DNA of 64,000 nucleotides, from NCBI RefSeq assembly GCF_009914755.1, contig NC_060937.1; one strand, written 5' to 3'. Made by a program: the position numbers and the translations under genes. Below are positions 49,690-64,000 of the stretch, piece after piece (position 1 is the stretch's first letter; every line of letters begins with the position of its first letter). This DNA comes from the human T2T-CHM13v2.0 reference genome, Homo sapiens. Under the pieces are notes generated by a model. The model was given only the letters and a program-made list of their open reading frames with translations. It searched no databases and was not told where the DNA came from.

Positions 49690-49825
49690 AAATTGAGTCG
49701 GGAAGTGACCCACTCTTAGCTCCATCCTTTATTTCCTGGGTGATCTTGGAAAGCTGCATCTCTCTGGCCACTGGTTTCCTCTCCTGTAAAATGGGGATAT
49801 TGGGAGTTCTTAGGGGATTAAGATA
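49690..49825. mobile_element. MIR fragment
   Basis: GGGTGATCTTGGAAAG...GTTTCCTCTCCTGTAAAATGGGGAT. Confidence 0.6.
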
Positions 49826-49831
49826 TGCGAC

Positions 49832-50432
49832 TGAAGCGGCTACATTGTCTGGGGTATATACCCTGGGGTTTCTTGTTGCGTGCCAGGAAAGTTTGGGACA
49901 TGGACACACACGAGGAGCTTAGGAGTGGAGGTTTAAAAGGCAGAAGAGAAGAGAAAGAGAAAACAGCTCTCTCCAAAGAGAAAGGGGCCTTTGAGGGGAC
50001 GGGTGGCTGATGCACCCAATTTTATCATCAGGTTTGAGGAGGCGGGGTCTGATTTCCTTAGGGCTCAGGGATTGGTTCCATCAGGTATGACATTTACATA
50101 GTGAGCGGGAAGGCTGGTCGCCCTACCCCAATCTTATTATGCAAATGGCCTTTCCAGTTGATCAGTGCCATTTTGTCTGCTCCTTACAGTACAAGTGGTT
50201 GACAAAGAGAAGGGAAGATGGAGCCCATCTTGAACATGTCTAGTCCCTAGTTCCTGCCAGTATTCACCATGCAAGCTCCCAGGTGGCTAGTCTATGTCTG
50301 CAGCTCAACTTTACAGGCTGCTCTTTGATAGAATATGATGTGGGGCTGCTTTTCGTTGAAAACAAAGGCCTTACCAAGGACTCCCCTACCCTTTCTGTCT
50401 GCCTAAGTGATTTCTTCTTAACTCCTAGATCA
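49832..50432 (-). mobile_element. MER51-type ERV1 solo LTR
   Basis: Minus strand begins TGATCTAGGAGTTAAGAAGAAATCACTTAGGCAG and ends CTTCA; flanks CGAC and CTAC form a 4-bp TSD with one mismatch. Confidence 0.8.
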
Positions 50433-53270
50433 CTACGTAGCTAAAACAAATGATACCTGGAAACAGTTGACCAGTCGTTGTCATCTTTGGATGTGCCTAC
50501 TAGAAATGCACAGCGCTCTGCCCACCATATGATCTTTGTAGTTGTTCCCACCGGGCCTGAACCTCTCTCCCCATCGCCAGCCTGCCCTGCTGTCTGCGTG
50601 GCTGACTCTCATTCATTCCCTCTCAAGCACTGCTTCCCAGAGAGTTTCCCAGCCGCCCTACCAAATGTGCAGTCCCTATCACATTACCCTTTTTATTTTC
50701 TCCACCACACTTCCCACCATCTACAATTATCTTGACTGAGCATTTGCTGGCCTGTCCATTGTCTCTCTACTCGTAGTAGAATAAAAGGTGATTGAAGGCA
50801 ACAAACAGCCCATCTGTCATCCTCACTGCCATATTTCCAAGCCCTAGAAAAGTACCCGAACAAATGAAGCACTCCATAAATGCTTTTTGAATGAGTAAGT
50901 AAATGAACCCAAATGCATTTTTCTTACTAATCCTTTGAATTATTTTTACACATTTCCAATTACTTATTTCTCTTTTTCTCTACTTCCAAAGAAACCGCAG
51001 TGGATACTGTGCACGACTTAGAAGCTCCAGGCAAGGATAATAAACATGCCACATCTGTATCTGTGGATGTTCCTTCAGCCTGGGCAGAAAAGATACAGTC
51101 AGGAAGATACAGAGAAAGAAACAACAGTCCATATGTGTTTAATATTTATCAATGTAGCAAATTTCTCCAGTAGAAAAAGAAAAGACAAAGTTAGTTTAAT
51201 TGGATCCAGTTTCTTTAAGTACCTTTATTTTCCCTTGAAGAAAATAAAGGAGGAGAAGGGACTTAGCCAAATAATGATTTAAATTTATTCTAGTATTTCT
51301 GAGGGTGCCAAGTCAGGAGGTTGCTGAGGTTTCTTTCTCTTTCCTTTGCTGAGGTAAATTTCCAGCTCAGGCATATGGACTGACGTGGAAAAGCAATCAG
51401 TTATAAAGAAAAAATACATTTGGGGTCTGTCTCTGTTGGAAACATAATTGAAAGCATGAGTGTTGTGTGGTTTCTCTCAAACTTCAAAAGTGTGCTCAGG
51501 CACATGAAGGGGAATGCCATCTGTTTGTTGTTAGGGTCATGTTTTACTTTCCTGCTTACACTTTCAATATAGTCAAAGAGCTCAGCTTTTTATAAAGAAA
51601 ATTAATTACTACTTAGGTTTACATTAGTGGCAAATTTACTCATTTTCCCTTTTCCATTAGAAGAATGTTGTTAGATAATAGATTAGAACAATTTGGCAAT
51701 TAATCACAGTCACCCACTCTTAGAAATTGCTCATTGGCCAAAATAATTAGTACAAACACTACTTAGAAAAGAAATGATCCATCTTTTGTAAACCTAAGAA
51801 CATGTTGGCAGATTTGCAATGCTTGATAACAATAGCTTTTGTGCTGCAATGTACAGGAGGTGCCTTGAAATTTATAGGCTGTTGGCTACCAGCACCCATC
51901 ATCCACCTCAGCACCTGCAGGAGCCCTGATGGTCAATAGGAAGGCATAGAGGGAAAAATACTGAGCTTCGGAACTTGAACCTCAGACTCAGGGGCATGTA
52001 GAAACTAGTCCAAAGTAACACTATTGCTTAGTGGCAGAATCGAGCCTGGAATCCAGTTTTCCTGATTCCTGGCTCAGTGACCCCACGGCTGCACGTGAGG
52101 GTCCTGTGGAGTTAGTGTCCTCCCGTGCTAAAGTGACACGGCTTGCGTTAATCCATAGAAACGTTCCATGCTGATCCCACAGACATGTATTGAAGGCAGA
52201 CTATGTTCTAGGCTGTGTTAGCGAAGCCTCCATATAGTCACAGTATTCATTTCCTAGCTTAATTGTTGTTTGACTATTTTCAAGGTATGTCAGGCCTAAC
52301 CTACTAATTCCTCATTATCTGCAATCTTATTTAAATACACTGTGTCAATTGAGTGTTTGTGATATGAGCATCAATTTTGAGATAACAGGGATACAAAAGA
52401 AGAAGGATCCCTGCCTCTAAAGAGCTCGCCAACTTATTATGTGGAAATAATGGACCGAATGCCACTGATGCAAACGCACCTTCCCTCTAGGACGTGGCTC
52501 CTTTTTTCCTTTTTTAGTTGTTCTTTCACCACGTCAGCTCTTCTTTCCTGGTCTGCTTTGAAGTCTTCTTCTCTCCTCTTCCCTCTGCTGGTTCCTTTAG
52601 CCCTGGGCTTCCCTGGGGCTCAGTCCGACGTTCCCTCTTCTATTCTCTCCCAGGGTCATCTCATCCAGTCGTACGGCTTCTATTATCATCCATAGCAGAA
52701 ATTATGAACCCAGAGTCCATGGATAAACTTTTGGGCCTGTGAGTTCCTTGAAATTATATGCAAATTTGGTGTATATGGTCATAGCTTCTGCCAGCTTGGC
52801 AGAGGGGACCTAGACTCCACAGCTCTACTGAAGTGGGTGATGCCCAGGACTGCATGTTCCTGAGTGTCAGGGGCCAGCTCTGACTGGCCCTGGGCACCGT
52901 GGCTTGGAGATCTCACAGCTGCATGAAGCTTAAAGCAATCTTATCTAATTGCAGTTCCCCATCCCCTGCCCGCATCTCTACCTTCCGCTTTTGTGTCCCT
53001 GTCATAGTAAGTAGCATCATCACCAGGTTGTCCAACTAGAAACCAGGGACTTTCCAGACTCTTCTCTCTCCCTCATTCCATACAGCTATCTCATGTGCTA
53101 TGGGCTCTTTCTCCAAAACCTCTCAAATCTATTCCCTCCCCTCCATTTCCCCTGCCCGGCCCTCTCAGCTCTCCTCAGCCTTTACTGGACACAGCAGCCT
53201 CCTGGCTGGTCTTCCCTCAGTCTCACTCCCATCTCTTCTCTCTATGGAGGCAACTGAGCATGCGTTTTCT

Positions 53271-53275
53271 TTTTC

Positions 53276-53306
<31 letters not shown>

Positions 53307-53593
53307 TTTTTTTTGAAACAGAGTCTCGCTCTGTCACCAGGTTGGGATGCAGTGGTCTGATCTCGACTCCCTGCAATCTCTGACTTCCTGGTTCAAGTGA
53401 TTCTCCTGCCCCAGCCTCCTGAGTAGCTGGGATTACAGGCACCCACCATCATGCCCAACTAATTTTTGTATTTTTAGTAGAGAAAGGGTTTCACCATATT
53501 GGCCAGGATGGTCTCAATCTCCTGACCTTGTGATCTGCCCACTTTGGCCTCCCAAAGTGCTGGGATTACAGGAATGAGACACCTCGCCCGGCC
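53271..53593 (-). mobile_element. Alu (AluSc-like) with (TTTC)n tail
   Basis: Reverse dimer; degenerate TSD GAGCATGCGTTTTCT / GAGTGTGCATTTTCT. Confidence 0.93.
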
Positions 53594-53627
53594 CCGAGTG
53601 TGCATTTTCTAACATAAAATCTGATCA

Positions 53628-53936
<309 letters not shown>

Positions 53937-54789
53937 ATATCTGATCCCATCATTGCCTGGCTCAGAAGCCATTCCAGCGTACTCCAGAGATGAAAACCAC
54001 AAGGATTGCATAGCCTTCCGTAAATTGTTTCACACTCTGTCCCCAAGATCGTGACACTCACTGTAACCTATCACTTAGCTTCTCAAACATGCCATACTCC
54101 CTCCCATATCATGTCCTTGAAATATGCTTCTCTCCTATGCTACCAACCTCCCCTTCCTCGTCCAGCCCTCCCCACAGCACCCCCAGCCCCCACTTCTTTC
54201 ATTCATCAGCTAACTGCTCCTCATTCTTCAGTTTCTACTTCTCCCTGAGGGCAGATCTGATTTCCTCAAGGAGGGAAGATGTCCCTGCTGTTGGTTCCTC
54301 CATAGCAACTCCTCTTTTGTAATATCTGGAATTCACTACCTTGTGGTGATGTGGTTGTGCCTCTTCCTCCAACAAACATCCACCCACTGAGGGCAGGGCT
54401 CACATCTAGATGCTTGCTTTCGTATTCCTAGGATCTAGAATAAGGCTCAGTACTCAGTAGGTGCTGTGCAAATACTTAGTGAGGAGTCAAGAGCCCATGT
54501 GCATGGGACAGATAGTGAAGCACAGTTAGAGATTTGAAAGGAAGTCACACCGTTGGTTACAGCTGTCATCCAGCAAGTAGGGCTTAAGCTTGTTCAGAAA
54601 AACAGATAGGGTGTGGCTTAGGCAGGATAAGAAAGCATAAAAAACAAAAGATGGAAAAACATTTTGGGAAAAGTGAGCTAATTAAAGATATGATCAGTGA
54701 GTAGAGGAGCCGCAAGTTTTAAGCAAAGCAGACCATTTCCTACACATAAAATTAACAGTAGAAAAATTAAAAAATAATTTATTGCTCAC

Positions 54790-54930
54790 ATTTTTGGCTT
54801 TGAAGGCCATATAGTTAAGTTGTTGCAACTACTTCACTCTGCTTTTGTGTTGTGAAAGCAGCCACAGACAAACACATAATCGAATAGATGTGGCTGGGCT
54901 CTAAGAAAACTTTACTTCTAAAAACAGACA
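54790..54930. mobile_element. MER58-type hAT fragment
   Basis: GGCTTTG.AGGCCATA...GCAACTACT.CACTCTGC...GTGAAAGCAGCCACAGAC. Confidence 0.7.
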
Positions 54931-55041
54931 TGGAGTCTGCCGTTTCTTTAGAAATTCTTTAATTCCTTGCTTTTACAGGCTAGGCATTAATAAGGTAGAG
55001 ATGGCAGTTGTCTGGAAACTTTTTCTAAAAGCATTTATGAG

Positions 55042-55120
55042 TTATAATTTAATGGCAATGTTATCTCTATTAGTTGATCTATTATAATTTAATGGCAATG
55101 CTATCTCTATTAGTTGATCT
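55042..55120. repeat. 40-bp tandem duplication
   Basis: TTATAATTTAATGGCAATG.TATCTCTATTAGTTGATCT at 55042 and 55082. Confidence 0.95.
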
Positions 55121-56779
55121 GTGCTCTATCGGTTTGTCTATCTACTGAATACATACTCCATTTATTTCTAAAACTTGATTTGAGATGCTGTTATATAATG
55201 ATTACAAATTGTACTATTGATATTTACAAATAATCATTAATTTACTCTGAATAGTCTTAAAAACTAGAAAATATCAATCTAAATGACAAATTTTCATCAT
55301 TTTGGTCATTAAAATATACAGTAAGAGATTCCTTGATGAAACCCACCACAGACAAGGGAGAGGACAAGGACAGGCTTTGCTCTCGGCTAACCAAATGGGA
55401 ACATGGAATTTTGCCCACTGATGGTACGACAGAGCCAGCAGAAGAGGCCAGAAGAGATGAGGTCCACAGTGCAAAAACATGGGCTTGAGAATGACATCAG
55501 CGACTGGCTCCAGACTTCAAATACAGGCAGGGGAAGAAAAAAACAGGCTTTTGGCTAACAGTTCAGCATCTATCCCAGCAAGAACACACACACAAAAAAA
55601 ATTCTTCTAAAAGAGTAATACAAAATAGATAGGATCAGAGAAGACAGAGGGTGGAATGAGTTCGAACATGAGGAATTCACCAGTGGCCTGCTGAGGACCA
55701 TGTGGATTTTAATGCCACTTCAGGACAATAAAAATGAAATGTCCCACCATCTTAAAGGTTTGGGACTTCTAATAGAATAAGCATTTGATTAATGAAAAAA
55801 CATGTACTATAAGGAACAAGGGATCATAAAAGGCTGGTTTTTAACAGCCTAAGTACTTTTTGCATCTTGAAGTCTTTTATCACCTTGTAAATCACCCCTG
55901 GAGAGAAATAACCGCAGTGACAAGGCAGACTTCCATTACCAGCCTGTCCACCTTGGCTCTAGATTCTCAAGTATATTGTCCTGGCTAGCACCCTGTGGTG
56001 TCGTGCCTTTATTATGGGGAAAGAAGGGCTGGGGCATTGTAGTGGACCTAGTTTTAGTAAATGTCTCTGGACAAATACGCCCCCTCCAAAGGCATTTTCC
56101 TTTCCTTCACTGTCTCTGTTCTGTTCTGCAGTCCAGCATGCCTCTGTGGGTGGAATTTAACAGCCAGGGTGTCAGCCTGCTAGGGCTCCGCATCTTGTGA
56201 CTTACAATAACAAACGTTCTGTTCTCCCAGGTTGCTGTGCGGGCTGCCTGTGGTTGAGTTAGGACTCTTCCATGTGCCTTTCATATCCAGACCCAGATTG
56301 GAGAGCAGGCCCAGGGGCATGTTCCTCTCATGGCATGGAAGGCAAGCTGCACCTGATGAGCTCTTTGGGAGCCACTGGTTGGACACGGTGTACTGGAAGT
56401 CTGCTCATGTGTCATTGCCCAAAGCAAGTCAGAAGGCTAAGCTCAGAGTCAGTGAGGGAGGAGGTGCGTTCACCCATAGGTAATCTGAGTCAGGATGAGG
56501 AAGGCAGGATGAATTGGAGTCAGCCATTCCATTGACCACACCGAACATTATGCTTGTAACTACAGAGCCTGAATACCTCATTGACAATCTCTCAGGTCAA
56601 AGTGAGCTGTTCTACTCCTGGAAGACATGTACTCACATGTGGTAAGTTTTACTAAAATGTCAGGAAAGAACCCCAACTTTAAAAATTTGAATCATTTAGA
56701 TTTATAGCCTTCACCTCAAGCAAATTCTTGGTGAAATAGCTCTTGACTCTTGAGGTATAGTAAAGGAACTGTGCTCAGA

Positions 56780-56950
56780 AGCTTCTGCACATGGTCTCAT
56801 GTAGTTCCCACAACAGCTGTGAAAGGTGGTCGTTACCCCATTTTCCATATGAAGGAACTAAAGTTTAGAGACCACGTTGTATAAAGGCCATCAAGCTAGG
56901 GAGTTGGAACTGGGATTTGAACCCAGGTCTGCCTGACTCTAAATGACTAT
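56780..56950. mobile_element. MIR
   Basis: CCCCATTTT.CA.ATGA.GGAACT.A...CTGGGATTTGAACCCAGGTCTGCCTGACTC. Confidence 0.75.
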
Positions 56951-57903
56951 GCTGTGTTAGAGGAATGTCTCAGGGCTTAGCATTAGTGAGAAACTGAAAC
57001 CCAACATCGGCTTGTACATTTCAATCCCATGTTCACATCCTTTCATCACCAGTGCCACTTCAGAGACTGATCTTAGGGGAAATCTCTTTGATATTTACAA
57101 AAGCGTATTCATGTAAGGGTGCTCATGGTGGTGCTATTTGTAATGGAGAAAAATTTGAAATTATATAAAAGATTAAACCTAAGGATGCAATAAGTAATTT
57201 GATATATCTGTTAGGCAAATTTAGACTTGTTATTTATACAAATATTTGATGTCATTGGAAGTGTTCACAGTACAAAGGAGAGACTCTAAAGCAGTGTGCA
57301 CAGTATGACCTCACACTGGTAGAAAGAATACTCCAATATTAATAGAGAACAATTCTGTATAATATGCTTTTAGGTAACCCACTCCCATGCATACCAAAAG
57401 TTTATCAAGTTACATATATATGTAAAATATTGTACAGAAATAATATATATTTGTTAATATATACGTGTGTAATGTATTTATGTAAATATATATATATATA
57501 TTTATTTATTTATAAGTACAGGCTAAGACTTTGCCCTCTCACCAACCCACACACCCCCAAAACCAGCCTTTCAGCCAAACTCAAGCTGATAAAAATTTCA
57601 TTGATCTGAGCCCTTGCGGCAAACTAACCTTTAGCAAAAATGCCTTCTCTAGGCTCCAATTTGAGATCCAGGGAAAACAGGTTTGGAAGAGTTAACGATC
57701 TTGGGGAAATTACCATTGCTGTAGAATGAAGATTATTACTTGTTCTTTCTTCATAGGCTAGACACACTATTTTTTAAAGCTAGTTGTTTATACTGTTTAT
57801 AAAGAAATAAATATTCCTCATAGGAAATTTAGAAAACAAAAGTTTTTAATGATAAAAAGAATATATGATCTCATCCCATCTCTTAGACAATAACACTTTT
57901 TAA

Positions 57904-58204
<301 letters not shown>

Positions 58205-61200
58205 TCTAACATCTGAATTGACATCCTGCATGTAGAGATATGCACATATAGATGACAGCTGTACACCCATGCATATCTATATCCATGCATGCATGCACAT
58301 GCTTTATCAGGCCTTCCACTCCTTAACAGCCTACAGATAGAAAACTTAGAGGAGCAGCAGGGACGTACTTTCATGTACTAAGCTACCTAGCATACAACTT
58401 TTAATGGTTTTTTATTTTAAATGGAAAGAATCTTTCAGCGGGAGACATCAAAGGGCCTAAGAAAAAAATGGTTTTGGTATTAAGTGGCTAGTATGCTTGT
58501 CAAAAAATGACAAGAAATAATTAAAACTAAACTGAAACAACCACCACCCCTACAAAATCCAGAACAATGCACCTCATTTAAATGTTTGTGAGGAAGTAGA
58601 ATTGAGTATCTTTCTCACAAGTAAGTTCTTCTTGAGGCAGAACAGACAAGAAACAAGAACTAGAAGTATTTACAAATCTATGTCAGTGGTAGAAATTTCT
58701 CCAGCAGGAAAACAGAGCCTCAGGCTGTGTAATGAAAGTTGTACTGTGAGAGCTAACATTTATTTAGTGGATATTATGTAAAGTCAGCCTTCCCCTATGC
58801 AAAGCATATTTTGGGGCCATGTTGCAAACAGCAATTTCTGCATTGAGTTGGCCAAATGTGTTCACTAAGGTGCCCACAAGCATTGGATTGCTCCAGATCG
58901 GGTGTTTCTTCTCCTATTGAAAGGCTGTTTCCTACCTTAATGTCATCTGTTGAGCTCTTTCTGTTTTATAAACGTATGGCTTATTGGATGATCCTAAAGT
59001 CATTGAGCCCTTATTATTGTAATTAAGATGGTAATATTAAGATTATTTTTACCTCAGGACTGAAATTACTTTCAATGAACAATTTAGGTCAGTGTTACAT
59101 AGACAAGAATTTAACTTAAAGAGTGAATAGGTAATAAATGATCTCTAGAATGCTTACAAATATCTACTAACTTTTTAATACAATGCTAAAGCCAAATAAC
59201 AAGGCAAGGTGCTTCTGTAAGTGTTCTCGGGACCAACCCATTTACCAGTCTGAGTGCAGGCAACCACCATCTCATTTAAATCACAGAAGTTTAGGGAAAA
59301 TCTTATCCAGTATTATGGGGCTGTACTAGTAAACTGCACACAAAGGAGGCCACACGAATTTGACAGAGATTTAGAGATGGGATTCTGACAGTCACGTTTT
59401 ATATTAACCAGAAAAAGAGCCACCAAATTCAACCAGAGATGCAATTTTTTTGTTCTTTTCAACAAAGTTGAATAAAAGTTGTTGATCAAAGAGTGAAGAA
59501 ATTTGAAGATAGAATTTGCCTTAATTTACAGATGAGCCACCAGAGGCTCAGAGGGATGAAGTGTTTTGTTGAAATTACACAGTGGGTGCCATTCCAATGA
59601 CTTGTGACTCCACACATTGCCTTCTGATATTCATTAGGAAGTCATTTGAAGGAGGAATTCTAAACTTTTTGGAAACATCACTGCTCTCTACTCTTCACCC
59701 TTATTGGAAATGCTTTTATTTGGAGAACCTTCACCACCTTCATGGAAACCAAAATGAGGGTCTTCAGAGTTCATGTTCCGTGTAGCATTAACCCTACCAT
59801 GTGCTTCCCTTGCACAGGGAACTCCTCTGTAAGGAAATGGGGAAAAAGAAAAGTATTAAGAAACAATCATTATTCTCAAGGGAAAATGAGAGGCTCTGTT
59901 TCTCTTGCCTGAAGTAAAATCGGTGTTATTAGTAGCTGCATTCACAGTGTCAAGAATCACACAGAAAGCCAGTCATTTTGTTTGCTGATGGAGAATTCAT
60001 GTGGTCCTGCTTCTGACTGATCGTGTCACAGATAATCAACGTGCTGTATCTCCAGCCACCTCACTCTCTGAACTTAAGGAAAATGAAAGTCATGGTTTCA
60101 GACCACTTCAGTTTCTTTTCATTTTTCCTGTCTTTGACAATGAAAAAGTGGGCAACTTTACAAAAAATGTCCTAAGTGAGTAGTTGAAATCACTGATTAT
60201 TTTTCAGGTATCTAGTTTCATTCTCTCAGTAAAGAACACATGAGTGATAGGAATGTGACTCATATATAATTCCCTCTTTTTTCTGTTATGTAAACATTCC
60301 AAAAAGAGAAACATTAAAAATTGAACCCAGGGAAGATGCATCTATCATTATGAATCATGATTTCGTGGCAGTCACTGCAGGAGAGAACCTGTCTCTCTTA
60401 TCCTGATGGTACTTGCGATAAAATACAAGAATATGTGGCACCACTGTCCTTGATAAATTGAGCACTAGAAAAGCCATGAATGTGAAATTATCTAGCACAT
60501 GATAAATCTGCTGTAATAAATAAAAAACGAATAGTCAGAAGAAGTAGGAACTGCGTGAAGTAAACTTTGCTTCAAATGCTGCCTATCTAACTTTGGGCAG
60601 GAATCCTGGCTCTCTGAAGACTGTAGAATTGGGCTCTTTAGGTCATGATTACCACCACAGAAGCCCTTGCCTAAAAAGAAAACGTTATGGAGTCACAAGT
60701 TTCACCTTAAAAATGTGCCAAAGGGATGTGTCAGGATGAATGTGGAGTTGGTTGAAAATTCGTTATTACCTTCTCATTGTCAGGAGTGGCATGATCTTCC
60801 AGTTGACATCCTGGGAGGCTGTTAAACCTAGGCACAAGATGAATCTTTTAAACGTGCTCTCAATTTGCCTCTGCAAAACCTACTTTGGTCTTCAGGCAGA
60901 AATGAATGTCATATTTTAAAGTATGTCGAAAATTTCTAGAAAGCATCATCAGAAAGCCCTAATGCTCCCCTTCATCATTAAGCTTATCAACAAAGATCTA
61001 GTAAACACCCCAAAACTAGCAGGTCTCTAAATGCTGTTATGGCAACAAATGGAAAATTTAAATTTATTTAAAATAATTATAATAATTCTCAGATAAACCA
61101 CAGGATTCAGAAGTCTGTTCATAATATTTTCCAGTTGTTGAGAATGTAACCCTCTTGTAGATTGAGTAAGAGTTAAATTAAGTGATAGCCCATCCTGTTC

Positions 61201-61419
61201 TAACAGGACCTCCAGCGCCTCCATAGGCCATAACTGGGCAGATCAATACTGAGGTGCTTCCCGCTCAGCTTGGGCTTTTCAAAGGTTGAGCTGGCAGGAA
61301 TGGCTAAGCCCTCAGGGAAGGCACACCAGACACAGGAATGGGGTGTGAAAGGTCAGCAAAGAAGAAGGAGAAATAAAATGATTCTCTGATATTAAAGGTA
61401 AGCTGCTTATATTTGTTTA

Positions 61420-61906
<487 letters not shown>

Positions 61907-62866
61907 TTATTTGTAGCCCTTCTGCTCCCCCCTAATCCAAGCCTGCTGAATCCAAGCCTGTGGACCATTCTGTGGTCCTTGCTTCAGTGGCAAGATACAA
62001 CAGTGTGGAAAATCTAGAAAAGTCTGGCTTCCTTGAGTTTATTATAAACATCAATGCTGTTAGGGAATCAGAAGAGGACTCCAGGAAGCAAAGAGAAGAA
62101 AAGGGTTCCTTCTCTCCCGTTTCCAAGACTGGAAGAGCCCCTCTGTGTGGAGCAGGGCACGCTAGTGTTAGGTAGGGGTTCCTAGAGAAGAAAGGCCTGC
62201 TTTTTGTCTATCAGCCACAGCTCTGGGTTGTCTGCAAATCCTGAGAAAGCTTTGTGAGATCTGAGAGCAGAGATGACCTCTGTCTGGAAAGAGTGGTGAG
62301 GAGGTGGAGGGAGAGGGCTGCAGAGAGCCTGGGCATAAATGCCATAGAAACAGTCATGAAGTCTCCCATAATGTTGGGTGGCACAGAAATGTAAGGCCAG
62401 ATCCTGTGTCTCCATCTATGGTATAGAAGCAGTCAAGATATCCACCAACCAGAAAGAGAACACATGTACAGAAGTGTGTGACCATAGGTGGCATGTGTGT
62501 GTGTGTGGATGAGGGAGCACCCCAAGAGGATGGCAGCATCTCATTGGATGCTGAAGTGAACAGATGACATCTAGGACCAGGTGCTCCCCCAAACCATGGT
62601 GCCCTGGAACTTAGATACAACTTCTAGAAAGGTAGGGAGGAAATACTGACATTGATTTTTCTTTATTCCAATAGAATCACAAGCTAACTATTTAAAAAAA
62701 ATAAGAAACACAACTTATTCACATTAATTTCTGGACTGAGGCTTATATCCACAAATGCATTTTAACTTTAAAGAGCTTAATGAAGAGCTTACTTTCTTAG
62801 GGTCTAGTGACGTACATATCTGATTGCTCATGTGGGAGGCTGCATGGTGCATTGGAAAGACGTTAA

Positions 62867-63218
<352 letters not shown>

Positions 63219-64000
63219 ATGGTCTCAGGTTTTTCACATGCAAATGAACAGTTTGGACCTGATAATCTCTGAGGACCCTTCCAGCTCTGACAATGTGATT
63301 CTTTGAGCTGAATTGTTGGTAGTGTTACCAACAGATGAGATGAGATGTTGGATACAAAGCACATAGCTCGAAGCTTGGCACTTATGTGGTCAAAAAAATA
63401 CTAATTCCTGATATCCTCCCAGTGGTATTATCTAGTGAGCCTTCTTTCAAATTCAAAGGTTTTATTTCTCAGATATAATTTACGTGAAAGGCTGTGATTT
63501 TCTCCTTTCTCTGAGTTCCAAGTGCAGGTTTTGTTCTGAAGAAGTCACACAATGGACTGATTTGTCAGTGTATTTGTTTCCAAGGATTTCCCTTCTACAG
63601 TTCTTTTCATAAAAGTGGCACTGGTTGACCTGAATTCATGACCAGGCTGAGACAGGGCTTTCTGCAACCCTGTTGAGGCCAATCTCGCTGTCTGCTTCTA
63701 TTGCATTCTTCAATAGGACACTTAGTCCATTGGGCCAGTGCACCATGCCAAAAGGAGTTACTAAATTGTTAAAGGGGGCCTCAGCGAGTTCACGTAGATA
63801 GAGGGAAATGCCAGGTCATCCCAGAGGCTGAGGGTCTATCGAAGTTAGTGCTTGAAGTTGCTGTTGCATTGGCAGTGCATCACATGATACAGGGTTTTCA
63901 CGTCTGCTTTGAATACAACTGTTTCCTGCAGGGCTGCTAGTGTCCGAGCCTTGTCTTTTTCTGTTAGAAACCTTCAACAAACTACTCTCTAAGGGGACAG

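Noticed and set aside
63700-63962. Minus-strand acceptor-like TTTCTAACAG followed by short frames (e.g. KDKARTLAALQETVVFKADVK...)
   Set aside because: Weak pyrimidine tract, no clear donor, no recognised protein, and at the window edge

Overview
Primate (very likely human) non-coding genomic DNA: Alu, L1, MIR, MaLR/ERV LTRs and MER DNA transposons, with no recognisable protein-coding gene, rRNA, tRNA or CRISPR array. The long ORFs in the track are artefacts of tandem repeats, Alus and an LTR12. I cannot place the locus without an alignment. Most notable is a three-layer nest at 11.1-15.1 kb: a decayed Ty3/Gypsy pol (RT plus RNase H) fossil on the minus strand runs directly into a 68/70-bp minisatellite, and that array is split in exact register by a full solo LTR12C-type (ERV9) LTR with a GTAG target-site duplication. 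Candidate same-strand exons lie downstream of that LTR. Also present: a two-LTR, internally deleted ERVL (LTR47-like) provirus carrying three tandem expansions; a CpG-rich 54-bp VNTR with long open frames; a 46-bp minisatellite apparently seeded by an adjacent 97-bp duplication; and a closely spaced inverted Alu pair. About 11 tandem duplications or VNTRs of 23-97 bp occur in 64 kb. Repeat subfamily names come from recalled consensus sequences, boundaries of old repeats are approximate, and no novel functional system is demonstrated.
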